Shown: positions 1-10,154, counted from the stretch's first letter. The stretch is DNA of 64,000 bases from Nitrosopumilus sp. (GCA_965249555.1 OZ252243.1:2016001-2080000); one strand, 5' to 3'. Made by a program: numbers and translations. Notes: generated from the letters alone by a model not told the origin.

Positions 1-8
1 TTTAACTT

Positions 9-308
9 GTGCCTCTTACAAACAACATCATAATCAAATTAAATGAGATAACTACTATGATTGAGGACAAGTCAAAAATATCTGAATCCGAAATTGATGA
101 GATAAAATCTATTTTTAAAACCCTTGTTGAAAATGGTGAAAGATATGATGTTGATGAAATTGAATTCTGGTTTGAAAATGAAGGAAGCTGGAAAACTAAA
201 GAATCAAGAATTAGAATTATAAATCTCTCAAATTATATTCAAGACAAATACCAACAAACAGCTCATCTACGAATCATTTCTGATGATGACTGCGGATGCA
301 AAGACTAG
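9..308 (+). CDS. hypothetical protein
   Basis: 99-aa ORF, acidic, no recognised motif. Confidence 0.7.
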   Translation: MPLTNNIIIKLNEITTMIEDKSKISESEIDEIKSIFKTLVENGERYDVDEIEFWFENEGSWKTKESRIRIINLSNYIQDKYQQTAHLRIISDDDCGCKD

Positions 309-529
309 GTTTCTAGTTGTTCTAATAATCTTCCAACAATTTTTGAATTTTCTGTTCTTTCATTAAGAATTTCTTTGAGACGAATTTCATTTTTGACATC
401 TTTTGCAATTATCTGAAAATATTCTTCATCCAGATCATTATTTGCCTGAAGTCTTTTGATTACCTCAAACAAAATCCCTATTACTTGTTTCTGTGCCTCA
501 ATTAACTTATCTTTATTTTTTTCAGACAT
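305..529 (-). CDS. hypothetical protein
   Basis: 74-aa helical ORF directly downstream of the HD gene. Confidence 0.7.
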   Translation of the reverse strand: MSEKNKDKLIEAQKQVIGILFEVIKRLQANNDLDEEYFQIIAKDVKNEIRLKEILNERTENSKIVGRLLEQLET

Positions 530-535
530 GTTTTA

Positions 536-1069
536 CTACATATCTTTGATGATCTTTGTAAATAATTCTTTTAATTTAGGATCAGTAATGTCTATCTTTG
601 CAGATTCAAAAAAAGATTCAAGTTTTTCTTTAGAATGTCCGCTCTTTTCATAGATTTTAGCTTGAAGAGCCATCTCCAATTTATCAATTTGATGCACAAT
701 TTTTGATTCAGGAGAATTATTTTCTTGGTATTCTTGCCAAATTTGTAAATATTGTGATTTAATTAAATCTGGTAAATTTTTAGTAATTTCATTAAATGCA
801 TCATTTTCTAGCTTGTTCTTTTTTTCTTTGTTGACTTGACTTGGGGTATAGTCTCCAATTTTTGATTCAGATAAATCATGCAGTAAAATCATTTTGATAA
901 TTTTTTCAGAATTATAATTTTCTAAATCAGATATCACCATACCCATTATTGCCATTGAGTAAGAATGGTCTGCAACTGATTCAGGATTCTTTAATGATAC
1001 TTTATCTATCCATCCTTGCCTAGATATTTTTTTGAGATTTGCAGCAGTTTTGAAAAAATCTAATATCAT
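536..1069 (-). CDS. HD-domain phosphohydrolase (YfbR/HDDC2-like)
   Basis: R.GW...ESVADHSY and LLHDLSE motifs. Confidence 0.9.
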   Translation of the reverse strand: MILDFFKTAANLKKISRQGWIDKVSLKNPESVADHSYSMAIMGMVISDLENYNSEKIIKMILLHDLSESKIGDYTPSQVNKEKKNKLENDAFNEITKNLPDLIKSQYLQIWQEYQENNSPESKIVHQIDKLEMALQAKIYEKSGHSKEKLESFFESAKIDITDPKLKELFTKIIKDM

Positions 1070-1161
1070 TTTATCATTATATTGATGATATTTTCTCCTA
1101 ATGAATTTTCATATTGTAGGATTTCGAACAACATAATAGTTAATTTTACTGTAATAAATTA

Positions 1162-1698
1162 ATGAAAATCTATACCAAGACAGGGGATGATGGAAATACT
1201 GGTCTGCAAGGAAATTTTAGAATAGCAAAATCTCATCCAAGAATTATATCATATGGTACAGTAGATGAAGCAAATGCTGCATTAGGAATGGTTCTAACAA
1301 ATTCATTGGATAATGATATCACAAAAATTTTAACAGAAATTCAAAACAAACTATTTTTAGTTGGTGCCGATCTTTCAAATCCCAATTTAAATGATGTAAA
1401 AAACAGAGTTACATTAGAGATGGTCGAACAATTGGAACAGTATATTGACAAATTTGAATTAGAACTTCCTCCATTAACAAATTTTATTTTACCAGGAGGC
1501 GATATTGCTGCAGCACAATTACATCATGTTAGAACTATTGTAAGACGAGCAGAAACTCAAGTGGTTCAATTAAGTGAAAAAGATGAAATCAATTCAAACT
1601 GCATCAAATATCTCAATAGATTGTCTGATTTATTTTTTGTAATGGGTCGTTTAATCAATAAAAGAAAAAACAGAGATGACATTCTCTGGAAGATCTGA
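1162..1698 (+). CDS. PduO-type ATP:cob(I)alamin adenosyltransferase
   Basis: KIYTKTGDDG, YGTVDE, RRAE and YLNRLSD motifs. Confidence 0.95.
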   Translation: MKIYTKTGDDGNTGLQGNFRIAKSHPRIISYGTVDEANAALGMVLTNSLDNDITKILTEIQNKLFLVGADLSNPNLNDVKNRVTLEMVEQLEQYIDKFELELPPLTNFILPGGDIAAAQLHHVRTIVRRAETQVVQLSEKDEINSNCIKYLNRLSDLFFVMGRLINKRKNRDDILWKI

Positions 1699-1741
1699 AA
1701 AGACAAACTTTAATTCCTCAACTGAATTCATTTTTTTAAGT

Positions 1742-1815
1742 GCCGTGGTAGCTCAGCCTGGGAGAGCACTCGGCTGAAGACCGGGCTGTCGCGCGTTCAA
1801 ATCCCGCCCGCGGCA
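1742..1815 (+). tRNA. tRNA-Phe (GAA)
   Basis: Cloverleaf GCCGTGG/CCGCGGC acceptor stem, anticodon loop CTGAAGA, TTCAAAT T-loop. Confidence 0.95.
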
Positions 1816-1899
1816 CTCATATGTTCAAATATCTTTCGTTGTAGTGATAATGCATGCTTACTATACTCCAAAGTAAGACCAAAAGCGTTGGAGAAATAA

Positions 1900-2037
1900 A
1901 TGAATTATTGTAAAATTTGTAATTCAACCAAAGATTTGATCCCATTAGAGGTCAAAATTGATCTTTTCACTCCTCAAAATCCTGATATTTTTATCTGTAG
2001 AAAATGCCTTTCAGACAAAAATTATCAAAAAAATTAA
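1900..2037 (+). CDS. small CxxC...CxxC zinc-finger protein (45 aa)
   Basis: Manual translation MNYCKICNSTKDLIPLEVKIDLFTPQNPDIFICRKCLSDKNYQKN. Confidence 0.6.
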   Translation: MNYCKICNSTKDLIPLEVKIDLFTPQNPDIFICRKCLSDKNYQKN

Positions 2038-2219
2038 CATCAAAATTTTGGTATTTTTTTATAATGACATATGGTTAAGTAGAGATTTCACTTAGTATCT
2101 TTGGTTTTCATTTTATTCCCTTCTCTTTAAAAATAAAGAAAAAGTGGAAAACCTTTCTATGTGTCTATTAGATTAAAGAAATTTTTACCAGATGCGGATT
2201 TCTCAGAGATGCATTTCAC

Positions 2220-2358
2220 AGACGTTATACGAAATCTTTTTCATATCTTGTGATGTATACCTACTGTTGGGCCTGAGAGTTGAATGAATATTGCCATGTA
2301 CAAGGGCGTTACACAGACTAACTCAAAGTGAGCGGAAAACAAAATACCACATAGATGG
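2220..2358 (+). mobile_element. IS110/IS1111-type element B, left-end fragment with partial bridge-like RNA
   Basis: 2218-2358 matches the reverse complement of 53120-53260 with 3 mismatches; core AG at 2220-21; sub-terminal IR ATACGAAATC at 2227-36. Confidence 0.7.
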
Positions 2359-2585
2359 TGTAATTATACATCGTAAAGTCATGGATGAGAATTCCAAGTG
2401 ACAGCATAACAATATGTCCTACTCTAATACTAGACTTAGTATAGCTACTAGTGCGCCAAGATCCTTACTTGTAAATCCTTTTTTCTTCAGGTCATGCTGT
2501 ATGTCTTTTGCAATTTTTTCTATTCTCTTTTTCTGTTCTGGTTTTATTGATACAACATTGCGATGCTCGCTGCCGTCTGCATGAT

Positions 2586-4019
2586 TTATTCGCCTTTCAT
2601 CTCTATTCTACTTCTAAATTCAGGCGTAATTCCAAGAGAATCATAGTTACCTGAAGAGCATGTAAAGCACATAGAATCTTTTGGGATGCCAACAGCGGCT
2701 GCAAGATTTTCAGCATCATTATATCCCAAAAAGTCTGCGCCAATACTTTGCCTTACCATCTCAGTAGTTTCCTCGGGAGTCATATCTTTTCCATTAGAAA
2801 ATGTTGCAAGTTCTTCTTTTGATGGAAAGTCAATTCCAGCATAACATGGGAATTTGATTGGGGGATATGTAATGACCATACTGATTTTTTTTGCACCTGC
2901 TCGTCGTAGCGCCTTAATAATTGCCTTGGAGCTTGTTCCTCTAACTAAACTATCATCAATTACAACGACATGTTGTCCTTCAATTATTTCCTTAATTGGA
3001 ATTATCCATCGATTAATCTCTATTCTATCAGATTGATGGGGTTCAATGAAACTTCGCAATGGACCTTTCTTACTATATCTATCTTTGAGTAAGCCTTCAT
3101 CAAATGGTACACCAAGTTCCTGTGCATATCCCAATGCTGCAGGCCTTGCAGAGTCAGGTACAGGTATTACTAAATCTGCATCCTTAATTGGGAATTTCCT
3201 TGCTAAAAATTTTCCAATATTTTTTCTTGCAACATAAATGTTAGTTCCTTCCATGTTACTTGACGGATGTGCAAAGTAAGTAAATTCAAAAGAACAATGT
3301 GCACGTGTAGGTTCATCAGAGAAACGCTCAGTCTCTAATCCATTTTTGCTCAATTTGATTAATTCGCCAGGATTTACATTTCGTTGCATCTCAGCTCCAA
3401 CTGCAGATAATGCAGAAGATTCAGATGCAACAATGTATGTATCGTCTATTTTTTTATGTCCTAAAACCATTGGACGAAATCCTTTTGGATCACGTGCAGC
3501 ATAAACAGAATTGTCATCAGAGATAAAGGTAAAACAATAAGAGCCTACCATTTCGTTTTTAAGAATTGAAAGTGCTTTTCCCATCTGACCGTTCTCAGAG
3601 ATTAATGTAACTAGTCTTTGTGCTGCGACAAGTGTGTCACTTGAGGTTTGTGGTGTAAAAGAACAGCCACCAACAAGATTTGATAACTCCTGAACATTTG
3701 CAATTGTTCCATTATGTGCAATACAGAGATCCTTTACTTTGAGTGGTTGTGCATTTTCAAGGGTACTTTGTCCCATTGTAGAATAACGTACATGCCCAAT
3801 TACTGAAGGAGATGCATATTCTTTGGTAATTGTCTTAAATTCTGATGATGATGCAGAGACTAGTCCTAGTCTTTTTAGTGGAGGTTTATTTGGAATTGCA
3901 ATGCCCCATGCTTCTTGTCCTCTATGTTGAAGTGCTCTTAGCGCATCAATTGCCATTGGCACCACATTAGTTCCACTTAGACTAAAAATTCCAACTACGC
4001 CACAATTTTCCTTAACCAT
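2586..4019 (-). CDS. purF: amidophosphoribosyltransferase
   Basis: N-terminal CGVVG, LQHRGQE, GHVRYST and VIDDSLVRGT motifs. Confidence 0.98.
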   Translation of the reverse strand: MVKENCGVVGIFSLSGTNVVPMAIDALRALQHRGQEAWGIAIPNKPPLKRLGLVSASSSEFKTITKEYASPSVIGHVRYSTMGQSTLENAQPLKVKDLCIAHNGTIANVQELSNLVGGCSFTPQTSSDTLVAAQRLVTLISENGQMGKALSILKNEMVGSYCFTFISDDNSVYAARDPKGFRPMVLGHKKIDDTYIVASESSALSAVGAEMQRNVNPGELIKLSKNGLETERFSDEPTRAHCSFEFTYFAHPSSNMEGTNIYVARKNIGKFLARKFPIKDADLVIPVPDSARPAALGYAQELGVPFDEGLLKDRYSKKGPLRSFIEPHQSDRIEINRWIIPIKEIIEGQHVVVIDDSLVRGTSSKAIIKALRRAGAKKISMVITYPPIKFPCYAGIDFPSKEELATFSNGKDMTPEETTEMVRQSIGADFLGYNDAENLAAAVGIPKDSMCFTCSSGNYDSLGITPEFRSRIEMKGE

Positions 4020-6177
4020 GAAGCACCAAGTCCTTTAACGAATTAAACCAAGTTTTATGCGCTTTATCAACTCTTAGATTAATGATCGATTTTGTTCCCT
4101 TTGTGAATTGAATTTTCTCACCATTAAACTGACCAATTAGTTTGAATGATATTTTGTCCTTTTTGAGTATATCCTCCACTTTTTTGAGATTTTTCTCCTC
4201 TATCACCAAAAGATATCTAGAATGACTTTCAGAAAATAAAATTCTGTCAACATCTAGTTTTTCACCAGGGACTTTATCTAAGAAGATATTACAACCAATT
4301 TTGTTTGTCATACAAAGTTCAGATACTGCAACTGCCAAACCACCCTTTGAGCAATCATGTGCAGATTTTAGGAGTTGACTTTGAACTACTTTTAATACAG
4401 TTTTCATATTTTTCTTGGATTCTGTAAAGTTAACAGCAGGGCATTTTCCTCCAATAAAGTTGTGAATATATTCAAAATATTCAGAACCCCCCATCTCATC
4501 TTTGGTATCTCCAACAATTACAAGAGAATCACCTTCTGTAATCTTTTGTGGAACAAGTGGATTTTTGTCAATAAGCCCCAAGACACCAATTAACGGAGTT
4601 GGTTTTATTGGTCCTGTCGGAGTTTCATTATACAAGCTAACCTTTCCCCCAACACAAGGAATTTTTGTATCATTAGCAAAATCAGCCAATCCCTTTAAAG
4701 ATTCTAAAAATGTCCAAAATATTTCAGGATCTTTTGGATTTCCAAATTGAAGATGATCAAGCATTCCAATGGGTTTTGCTCCAGTACAAACAACATTTCT
4801 GCATGCCTCCTCAAAGCAACCTATCGCACCTTCTCTGGGATTAATGTAACATTGTTTTGGATTTCCATCAATCTTTACAGAAAGAAATTTGCCATTATCT
4901 AATCGTAAAACGGATGCATCATGTCCAGGTTTTACAACAGTTCTTATGCCAACTTCATGATCATATTGTCCATAAACCCAAATCTTGCTTGCTATATTTG
5001 GTGCTGCAAGTAATGTCATCATTGTTTTAGAATAATCAGAAATTGATTCGAGTTTCTTTTCTTTTTCAATTGTTTTTAGATATACTGGTTTTTTTGATGG
5101 TAAATCAAGAAGAGTTGCATTTGCGACAACATCAGTTGGGAGATTTGCAAGTGTTTTTTTACCTTTTTTTACATGCATTTGATTGCCGGATTTTATATGA
5201 CCAATCACAGAACATGTAATACGGAATTTTTTACAAATTTCCTGTAGTTTTTTTAATTTAGTTTTGTTTGTTACAATTAGCATTCTTTCTTGTGATTCAG
5301 ATATCATAATTTCATCTGAATGCATGTTTGATTCACGTGTATGAACCAGGTTAACATCCATCTCTATTCCAACTCCTAATGCATCTGCAGTCTCTGAAAC
5401 TGCACAAGATAAACCACCGCCTCCAAGGTCTTTCATGGCATTGATTAGATTATGGTTTCTTGCCTCAAGGATTGCCTCTATGATTAATTTCTCGATGAAT
5501 GGATCTGGGATTTGAACTGCAGAACGATCTTCTGATTCTAAAGAATCTGAAGCAAACTGAGATCCACCCATTCCATCTCTTCCTGTTGAACCTCCAAGTA
5601 ATACAACCAAATCACCTATCTTGGCATGATTTTTTATCAGATTCTTTTTTTTTCCAAACCCTATTGCAGCTACATCAACTAATGCATAATTTTTATAACA
5701 ATCATCAAACTCAACTTCGCCTCCAATTGTTGGAATGCCAAGACAGTTTCCATAATCCGCAATTCCAGTAACTGCATTTTTGAAAAGCCATCTTGCTTGT
5801 TGATCTTTTTCTATATTTCCAAAACGTAATCCATTAAAGATTGCAATTGGTCTTGTACCTGCAGATAAAATATCTCTAATTACACCACCAACACCAGTTG
5901 CAGCACCACCGTATGGTTCAACAGCAGATGGATGATTATGACTTTCAATATGTGCAGTAACAACATAACCATCACCAACATCCAATACACCTGAATCATA
6001 TCCTTTCTCGTGAATTACAAGAGGTCCTTTCATTGGAAGCATTTTGAGATGTTTTTTTGATGATTTGTAAGAGCAATGTTCAGACCATTCAGCAGCTACA
6101 ATTTGTAATTCAGTAAAAGTAGGATCTCTACCAATTTTTGATTTTAATTCAGATAGTTCTTGAGATTCAAGACTCAA
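4012..6177 (-). CDS. purL: FGAM synthase subunit PurL
   Basis: WSEHCSYKSS, ESHNHPS and DLGGGGL motifs. Confidence 0.98.
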   Translation of the reverse strand: MSLESQELSELKSKIGRDPTFTELQIVAAEWSEHCSYKSSKKHLKMLPMKGPLVIHEKGYDSGVLDVGDGYVVTAHIESHNHPSAVEPYGGAATGVGGVIRDILSAGTRPIAIFNGLRFGNIEKDQQARWLFKNAVTGIADYGNCLGIPTIGGEVEFDDCYKNYALVDVAAIGFGKKKNLIKNHAKIGDLVVLLGGSTGRDGMGGSQFASDSLESEDRSAVQIPDPFIEKLIIEAILEARNHNLINAMKDLGGGGLSCAVSETADALGVGIEMDVNLVHTRESNMHSDEIMISESQERMLIVTNKTKLKKLQEICKKFRITCSVIGHIKSGNQMHVKKGKKTLANLPTDVVANATLLDLPSKKPVYLKTIEKEKKLESISDYSKTMMTLLAAPNIASKIWVYGQYDHEVGIRTVVKPGHDASVLRLDNGKFLSVKIDGNPKQCYINPREGAIGCFEEACRNVVCTGAKPIGMLDHLQFGNPKDPEIFWTFLESLKGLADFANDTKIPCVGGKVSLYNETPTGPIKPTPLIGVLGLIDKNPLVPQKITEGDSLVIVGDTKDEMGGSEYFEYIHNFIGGKCPAVNFTESKKNMKTVLKVVQSQLLKSAHDCSKGGLAVAVSELCMTNKIGCNIFLDKVPGEKLDVDRILFSESHSRYLLVIEEKNLKKVEDILKKDKISFKLIGQFNGEKIQFTKGTKSIINLRVDKAHKTWFNSLKDLVLHG

Positions 6178-6854
6178 TTGTTAACACCCATTTTTACCAA
6201 TAAAGATTCAAAGATAAGCGAAGATGGTTTGTTATCAACGGGATTAATTTCAGATTCAACTGCTCTTTCTGGATGTGGCATCATGCCAACTACATTCCCT
6301 TCTTGATTACAGACACCTGCAATTCTGTGTGAAGAACCATTTACAACTTTACTATATCTAAATACGATTTGATTTTTTTTCTTTAATTGTTTTAGTGTAT
6401 CATCATCAACATAATATCGTCCCTCACCATTTGCAATAGGTATTGGGATTTTCTCATGTAATTTGAATTGATTTGTAAATGGAGTCTTGTTATTTTCAAC
6501 AATCAAATTTGTCCACTCACACATAAAATTTAGAGATTCATTTTTGAGTAAAACTCCAGGAAGAAGGCCAGACTCTACAAGGATTTGAAAGCCGTTACAT
6601 ACACCTAAAATGGGAATTCCTTTTTCTGCCAGTTTTTGAATATCCTTTATGATTGGGCTATGAGCAGCAATTATTCCAGCTCGAAGTCGATCCCCATAAG
6701 AGAACCCACCTGGGAGGATTACTGCATCAATATTTTTTGGAAGGGTCTTTTCATGCCAATAGTATTGGGCATCAAGATTAAAGACATCAGTGAGCACATG
6801 ATACATATCACGATCACAGTTACTACCAGGAAAGACTACAACCCCGACCTTCAC
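6174..6854 (-). CDS. purQ: FGAM synthase subunit PurQ
   Basis: FPGSNCD, PGGFSYGD, GVCNGFQ and MPHPER motifs; GTG start inferred. Confidence 0.97.
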   Translation of the reverse strand: MKVGVVVFPGSNCDRDMYHVLTDVFNLDAQYYWHEKTLPKNIDAVILPGGFSYGDRLRAGIIAAHSPIIKDIQKLAEKGIPILGVCNGFQILVESGLLPGVLLKNESLNFMCEWTNLIVENNKTPFTNQFKLHEKIPIPIANGEGRYYVDDDTLKQLKKKNQIVFRYSKVVNGSSHRIAGVCNQEGNVVGMMPHPERAVESEINPVDNKPSSLIFESLLVKMGVNN

Positions 6855-6903
6855 AATTGTATTTACAATAAGCAATATTTAATTGGAATCTAATCTGAAA
6901 ATT

Positions 6904-7164
6904 CTAAGCATCAAAAACATCTATTGTCACCATACTCACCATAGGATTGTATATTCGTAGTTCATCACAGATCTCTTGTACTTTTGATTGAGCAGTTTTT
7001 TTGTCTTTTTCTTTAATTGTGAATTTTAGCATCTTTGCAGTTTTGATTTTAGAAACTGTTTTGTGGGTTCCTTTTAGAACTAGATCATTTAAGATAGTAT
7101 CTCCTTCAGGATCACTGATGCCAGGTTTGTTTTCAATGGTTACATGAACATTAAAAGTTGCCAT
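6904..7164 (-). CDS. purS: FGAM synthase subunit PurS
   Basis: DPEG motif, NP near the C-terminus, first gene of the purSQLF run. Confidence 0.95.
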   Translation of the reverse strand: MATFNVHVTIENKPGISDPEGDTILNDLVLKGTHKTVSKIKTAKMLKFTIKEKDKKTAQSKVQEICDELRIYNPMVSMVTIDVFDA

Positions 7165-7222
7165 TAATGACTTTCAAATTTAAATCGAGATTAATCTATC
7201 TTCCGAATAATTTTGAATTCGT

Positions 7223-7370
7223 ATTATACTTTATATTTTTTAAGACCCTCAACCAAATTTAGTACATGTGAGAAGTTGATAGATTTTGGAGAAGTTTTAA
7301 TCATCTTTGCTTGAATGTTTCAAAGTTTCTCAACATTGGCAGAATCCAATATGATAGTTATTCTCTCCCC
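7223..7370 (-). pseudogene. decayed small RHH-like protein
   Basis: Translates GERITIILDSANVEKL*NIQAKMIKTSPKSINFSHVLNLVEGLKKYKV* with an internal TGA; boundaries approximate. Confidence 0.35.
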
Positions 7371-7472
7371 ACAACATATCTACGTGTATTTGTTATAAAA
7401 GCAAGACCATCACATTCTGACTAACCAAGCAGATATTGGAATTTATAACAGAATATTTCACAATATTGTATA

Positions 7473-7934
7473 ATGACTAGATCTAGATATTGGAAAATCA
7501 CATCAGATGAGATGGATAACTTTGCTTATGATGAAAGTAAATTGTTAAACTGGGAGATCAAATGTGTTAGAGAGCCAGAAGAGGATGCTATCTTTATTGG
7601 AGTTTTCATGTACAGACATGGTACTGCATATGACTATGAATCAGTAAAGGGGATTTGTTACTTTTACAACAATATTGATAGAAAGGAACTTCCAGCAATT
7701 ACTGGATTCCTGAAAGGGAAATTCAATGGTAAAGAGATGGAGAAAGGAGAAAGAATTTTCCTTAAAGATTCAAAAGAAATCTATGCCAGTAAAGACATTG
7801 GAGATCTGGCAAAAGAGATGGAATCAAAATTCAATACAAAAGCCATTATTTCTTTAGAGTTTGAAGATTTAACAACTGATCAACTCAAAGAAGCAGGATT
7901 GCCAGAGGCAAAATTGTTACCAATTCCCACATAA
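7473..7934 (+). CDS. hypothetical protein
   Basis: 153-aa ORF upstream of tatC. Confidence 0.8.
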   Translation: MTRSRYWKITSDEMDNFAYDESKLLNWEIKCVREPEEDAIFIGVFMYRHGTAYDYESVKGICYFYNNIDRKELPAITGFLKGKFNGKEMEKGERIFLKDSKEIYASKDIGDLAKEMESKFNTKAIISLEFEDLTTDQLKEAGLPEAKLLPIPT

Positions 7935-7964
7935 TTGATATAGCTTAAAACACAAAGATATTAG

Positions 7965-8756
7965 ATGTCAGAGTTGGATGGAATCAATCAGCATCTCGAA
8001 GAGTTAAGAAAAAGATTACTTAGAATTGTACTAGTTATTGGTATTATTACTGCATTTATTTTATTTTTTCATGCAGAGTCAATCCAAGTAGGTCAAATTA
8101 CATTGTATTATCCAACACCTGAACCATTAAACAACATTGCAGCACAAATTACTAACCATATGAAATTCAATCTTGTTCCAGAAGATGTTCAGTTAATTCA
8201 AACAGCCCCAGGACAAGCTTTCTTTGCTCAAATATACATTGCAGCACTGGTAGGTATTGTTGCTGGAATGCCGATTATCATCAGAGAGTTAGTTGGATTC
8301 ATCAAACCAGCACTAAAAGAAAATGAAATCAATGTCAGTAGAAGTATCTCACTTCCAGCATTGGGTCTTTTTATTGCAGGCTGTATTTTTTCATACAGTT
8401 TTGTGATTCCATACATTTTAGAATTTTTGTACAGATATGGAGAATCGGCAGGGCTTGTAACTTTTCTAAATATAATGGATTTTGTTACTTTTGTTTTGCA
8501 ATTTTTGTTGGCATTTGGATTTTCATTTCAGCTTCCACTTGTAATGTATGCAATTTCTGTATCAGGAATGGTAGATTCAGACTTTTGGAGAAAAAATATC
8601 AGATATGCAATTGTTGCAATTGTAATTTTCGGTGCAGTAATTACGCCAGATGGAAGTGGTGTAACAATGTGGTTTATCGCAATTCCAATGATTATTCTTT
8701 ATGTAGCAGGCATGATAGTTATTGAGCGTAAAGAACGTAAAAAGTTGAACACTTAA
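7965..8756 (+). CDS. tatC: twin-arginine translocase TatC
   Basis: HLEELRKRL, FQLP and AVITPD motifs; multiple TM segments. Confidence 0.95.
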   Translation: MSELDGINQHLEELRKRLLRIVLVIGIITAFILFFHAESIQVGQITLYYPTPEPLNNIAAQITNHMKFNLVPEDVQLIQTAPGQAFFAQIYIAALVGIVAGMPIIIRELVGFIKPALKENEINVSRSISLPALGLFIAGCIFSYSFVIPYILEFLYRYGESAGLVTFLNIMDFVTFVLQFLLAFGFSFQLPLVMYAISVSGMVDSDFWRKNIRYAIVAIVIFGAVITPDGSGVTMWFIAIPMIILYVAGMIVIERKERKKLNT

Positions 8757-8780
8757 ATTTCAAATCAAGAAATTATTTGT

Positions 8781-8987
8781 ATGCTTGGAAGTACAGAGAT
8801 CATCGTATTAGTTGTAGTTATCGGTGTGTTAATTTTTGGTGCAAAAAAGATTCCAGAACTTGCAAAGACTTTTGGTAAAGCCAAAGGAGAATTTGAGAAA
8901 GGGAAAATAGAAGGTGATAAAGAACTCAAAGACTTTAAGGGAAAAATAGACAATGTCACCAAGGATAAAGAAGTAAAATCAGACTAG
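8781..8987 (+). CDS. tatA: twin-arginine translocase TatA
   Basis: TM helix followed by FGAKKIPELAKTFGKA. Confidence 0.93.
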   Translation: MLGSTEIIVLVVVIGVLIFGAKKIPELAKTFGKAKGEFEKGKIEGDKELKDFKGKIDNVTKDKEVKSD

Positions 8988-9412
8988 TTTTCGGCGATTT
9001 TTGCAAAATCATCTAAAATTTTAGCATAATCTTGTTCAAACTTGTTTTTTCCAAATATGCTTGACATCCTCATTTTACCCTTTAATTTTAAATCCACATC
9101 AACAATAATTTTTGTTCCTTCAGAAACTTCGATAAATTGTTGTTTGATGTAACTTCCTTTGGCATCACCGCCAATAACAAAAACCTCATGCAATACTGGT
9201 TCTCGAGTAACATGTTTTGCCATAATCACTAGTTCCAAATCTCCAAGATTCATGTGTTCTTCTACCACAGAGGTATTTCCTCTAACAGAACACACTCTAA
9301 CAGATGGAAAGTGTTGTGGAATTAATTTCTGATAGTTTTCATAATTTGATAATATTCCATAGACAGTTTCTCTTTTTGCATTAACTATTTTTTCTAAAGA
9401 GAACTTTGTCAA
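8984..9412 (-). CDS. SRPBCC/polyketide cyclase-like protein
   Basis: VYGILSNYENY..LIP pattern typical of START/SRPBCC folds. Confidence 0.7.
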   Translation of the reverse strand: MTKFSLEKIVNAKRETVYGILSNYENYQKLIPQHFPSVRVCSVRGNTSVVEEHMNLGDLELVIMAKHVTREPVLHEVFVIGGDAKGSYIKQQFIEVSEGTKIIVDVDLKLKGKMRMSSIFGKNKFEQDYAKILDDFAKIAEN

Positions 9413-9419
9413 AGGTAAT

Positions 9420-9977
9420 TTAGAGAGTGCCCCATCGAGGGTATAAATCGTGCTCTATGTTAAACTGGTCCAGACACTTTCCCACTCCGTGATTAACAAT
9501 ATCATCAATTGATTTTGGTTTTGTGTAAAATTCAGTCACAGGAGGTAGAATTACAACCCCCAAGCGAGATAACTTTAACATATTTTCTAAATGAATTGCA
9601 GAGAGGGGAGTTTCTCTTGCCATTAAAATTAGTTTTCTGGATTCCTTTATTGTAACACCTGCAGCTCTTGCAATTAATGTTTCATCATACCCATTTGCAA
9701 TTGCAGATAATGTTTTCATGCTGCATGGTGCAATGATCATTCCATCAACTCTATGAGTTCCACTTGAAACACTTGATGCCATGTTTTTTTCATTTGAGGT
9801 GCTAGTTGCAAGTGATTTTACATAGTCAGTTGTGTATTCAGTCTCCATGGAAATACATTTTTCAGCCCATTCTGACATAATCAGGTGAGTTTTTACATCA
9901 AGTTTTTTAAGAGTCTCAAGCATCCTGATTCCATAAATTACTCCAGTGCTGCCAGTAATACCAATGATTAGTTTCAA
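9420..9977 (-). CDS. ubiX: flavin prenyltransferase UbiX
   Basis: GITGSTG, SSG, APCSMKTL and RETPL motifs. Confidence 0.95.
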   Translation of the reverse strand: MKLIIGITGSTGVIYGIRMLETLKKLDVKTHLIMSEWAEKCISMETEYTTDYVKSLATSTSNEKNMASSVSSGTHRVDGMIIAPCSMKTLSAIANGYDETLIARAAGVTIKESRKLILMARETPLSAIHLENMLKLSRLGVVILPPVTEFYTKPKSIDDIVNHGVGKCLDQFNIEHDLYPRWGTL

Positions 9978-10031
9978 TAATTAATCTTGAAAACTATAGT
10001 ATTTTATGTATTAGATAGGAGATGGTTAGCA

Positions 10032-10154
10032 CTAGAGATTTTCTGCCTCATCATTTTTGGCAGATTCCTCTAACTCTTTTCTTGCTTTTCTTCGTTTAAA
10101 CCACAAAAAGATTCCAAGTGCAGTCATTACAGGTAGCAAAATTACTCCTACCAT
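10032..10154 (-). CDS. small membrane protein (40 aa)
   Basis: MVGVILLPVMTALGIFLWFKRRK: single TM helix plus basic stop-transfer. Confidence 0.5.
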   Translation of the reverse strand: MVGVILLPVMTALGIFLWFKRRKARKELEESAKNDEAENL

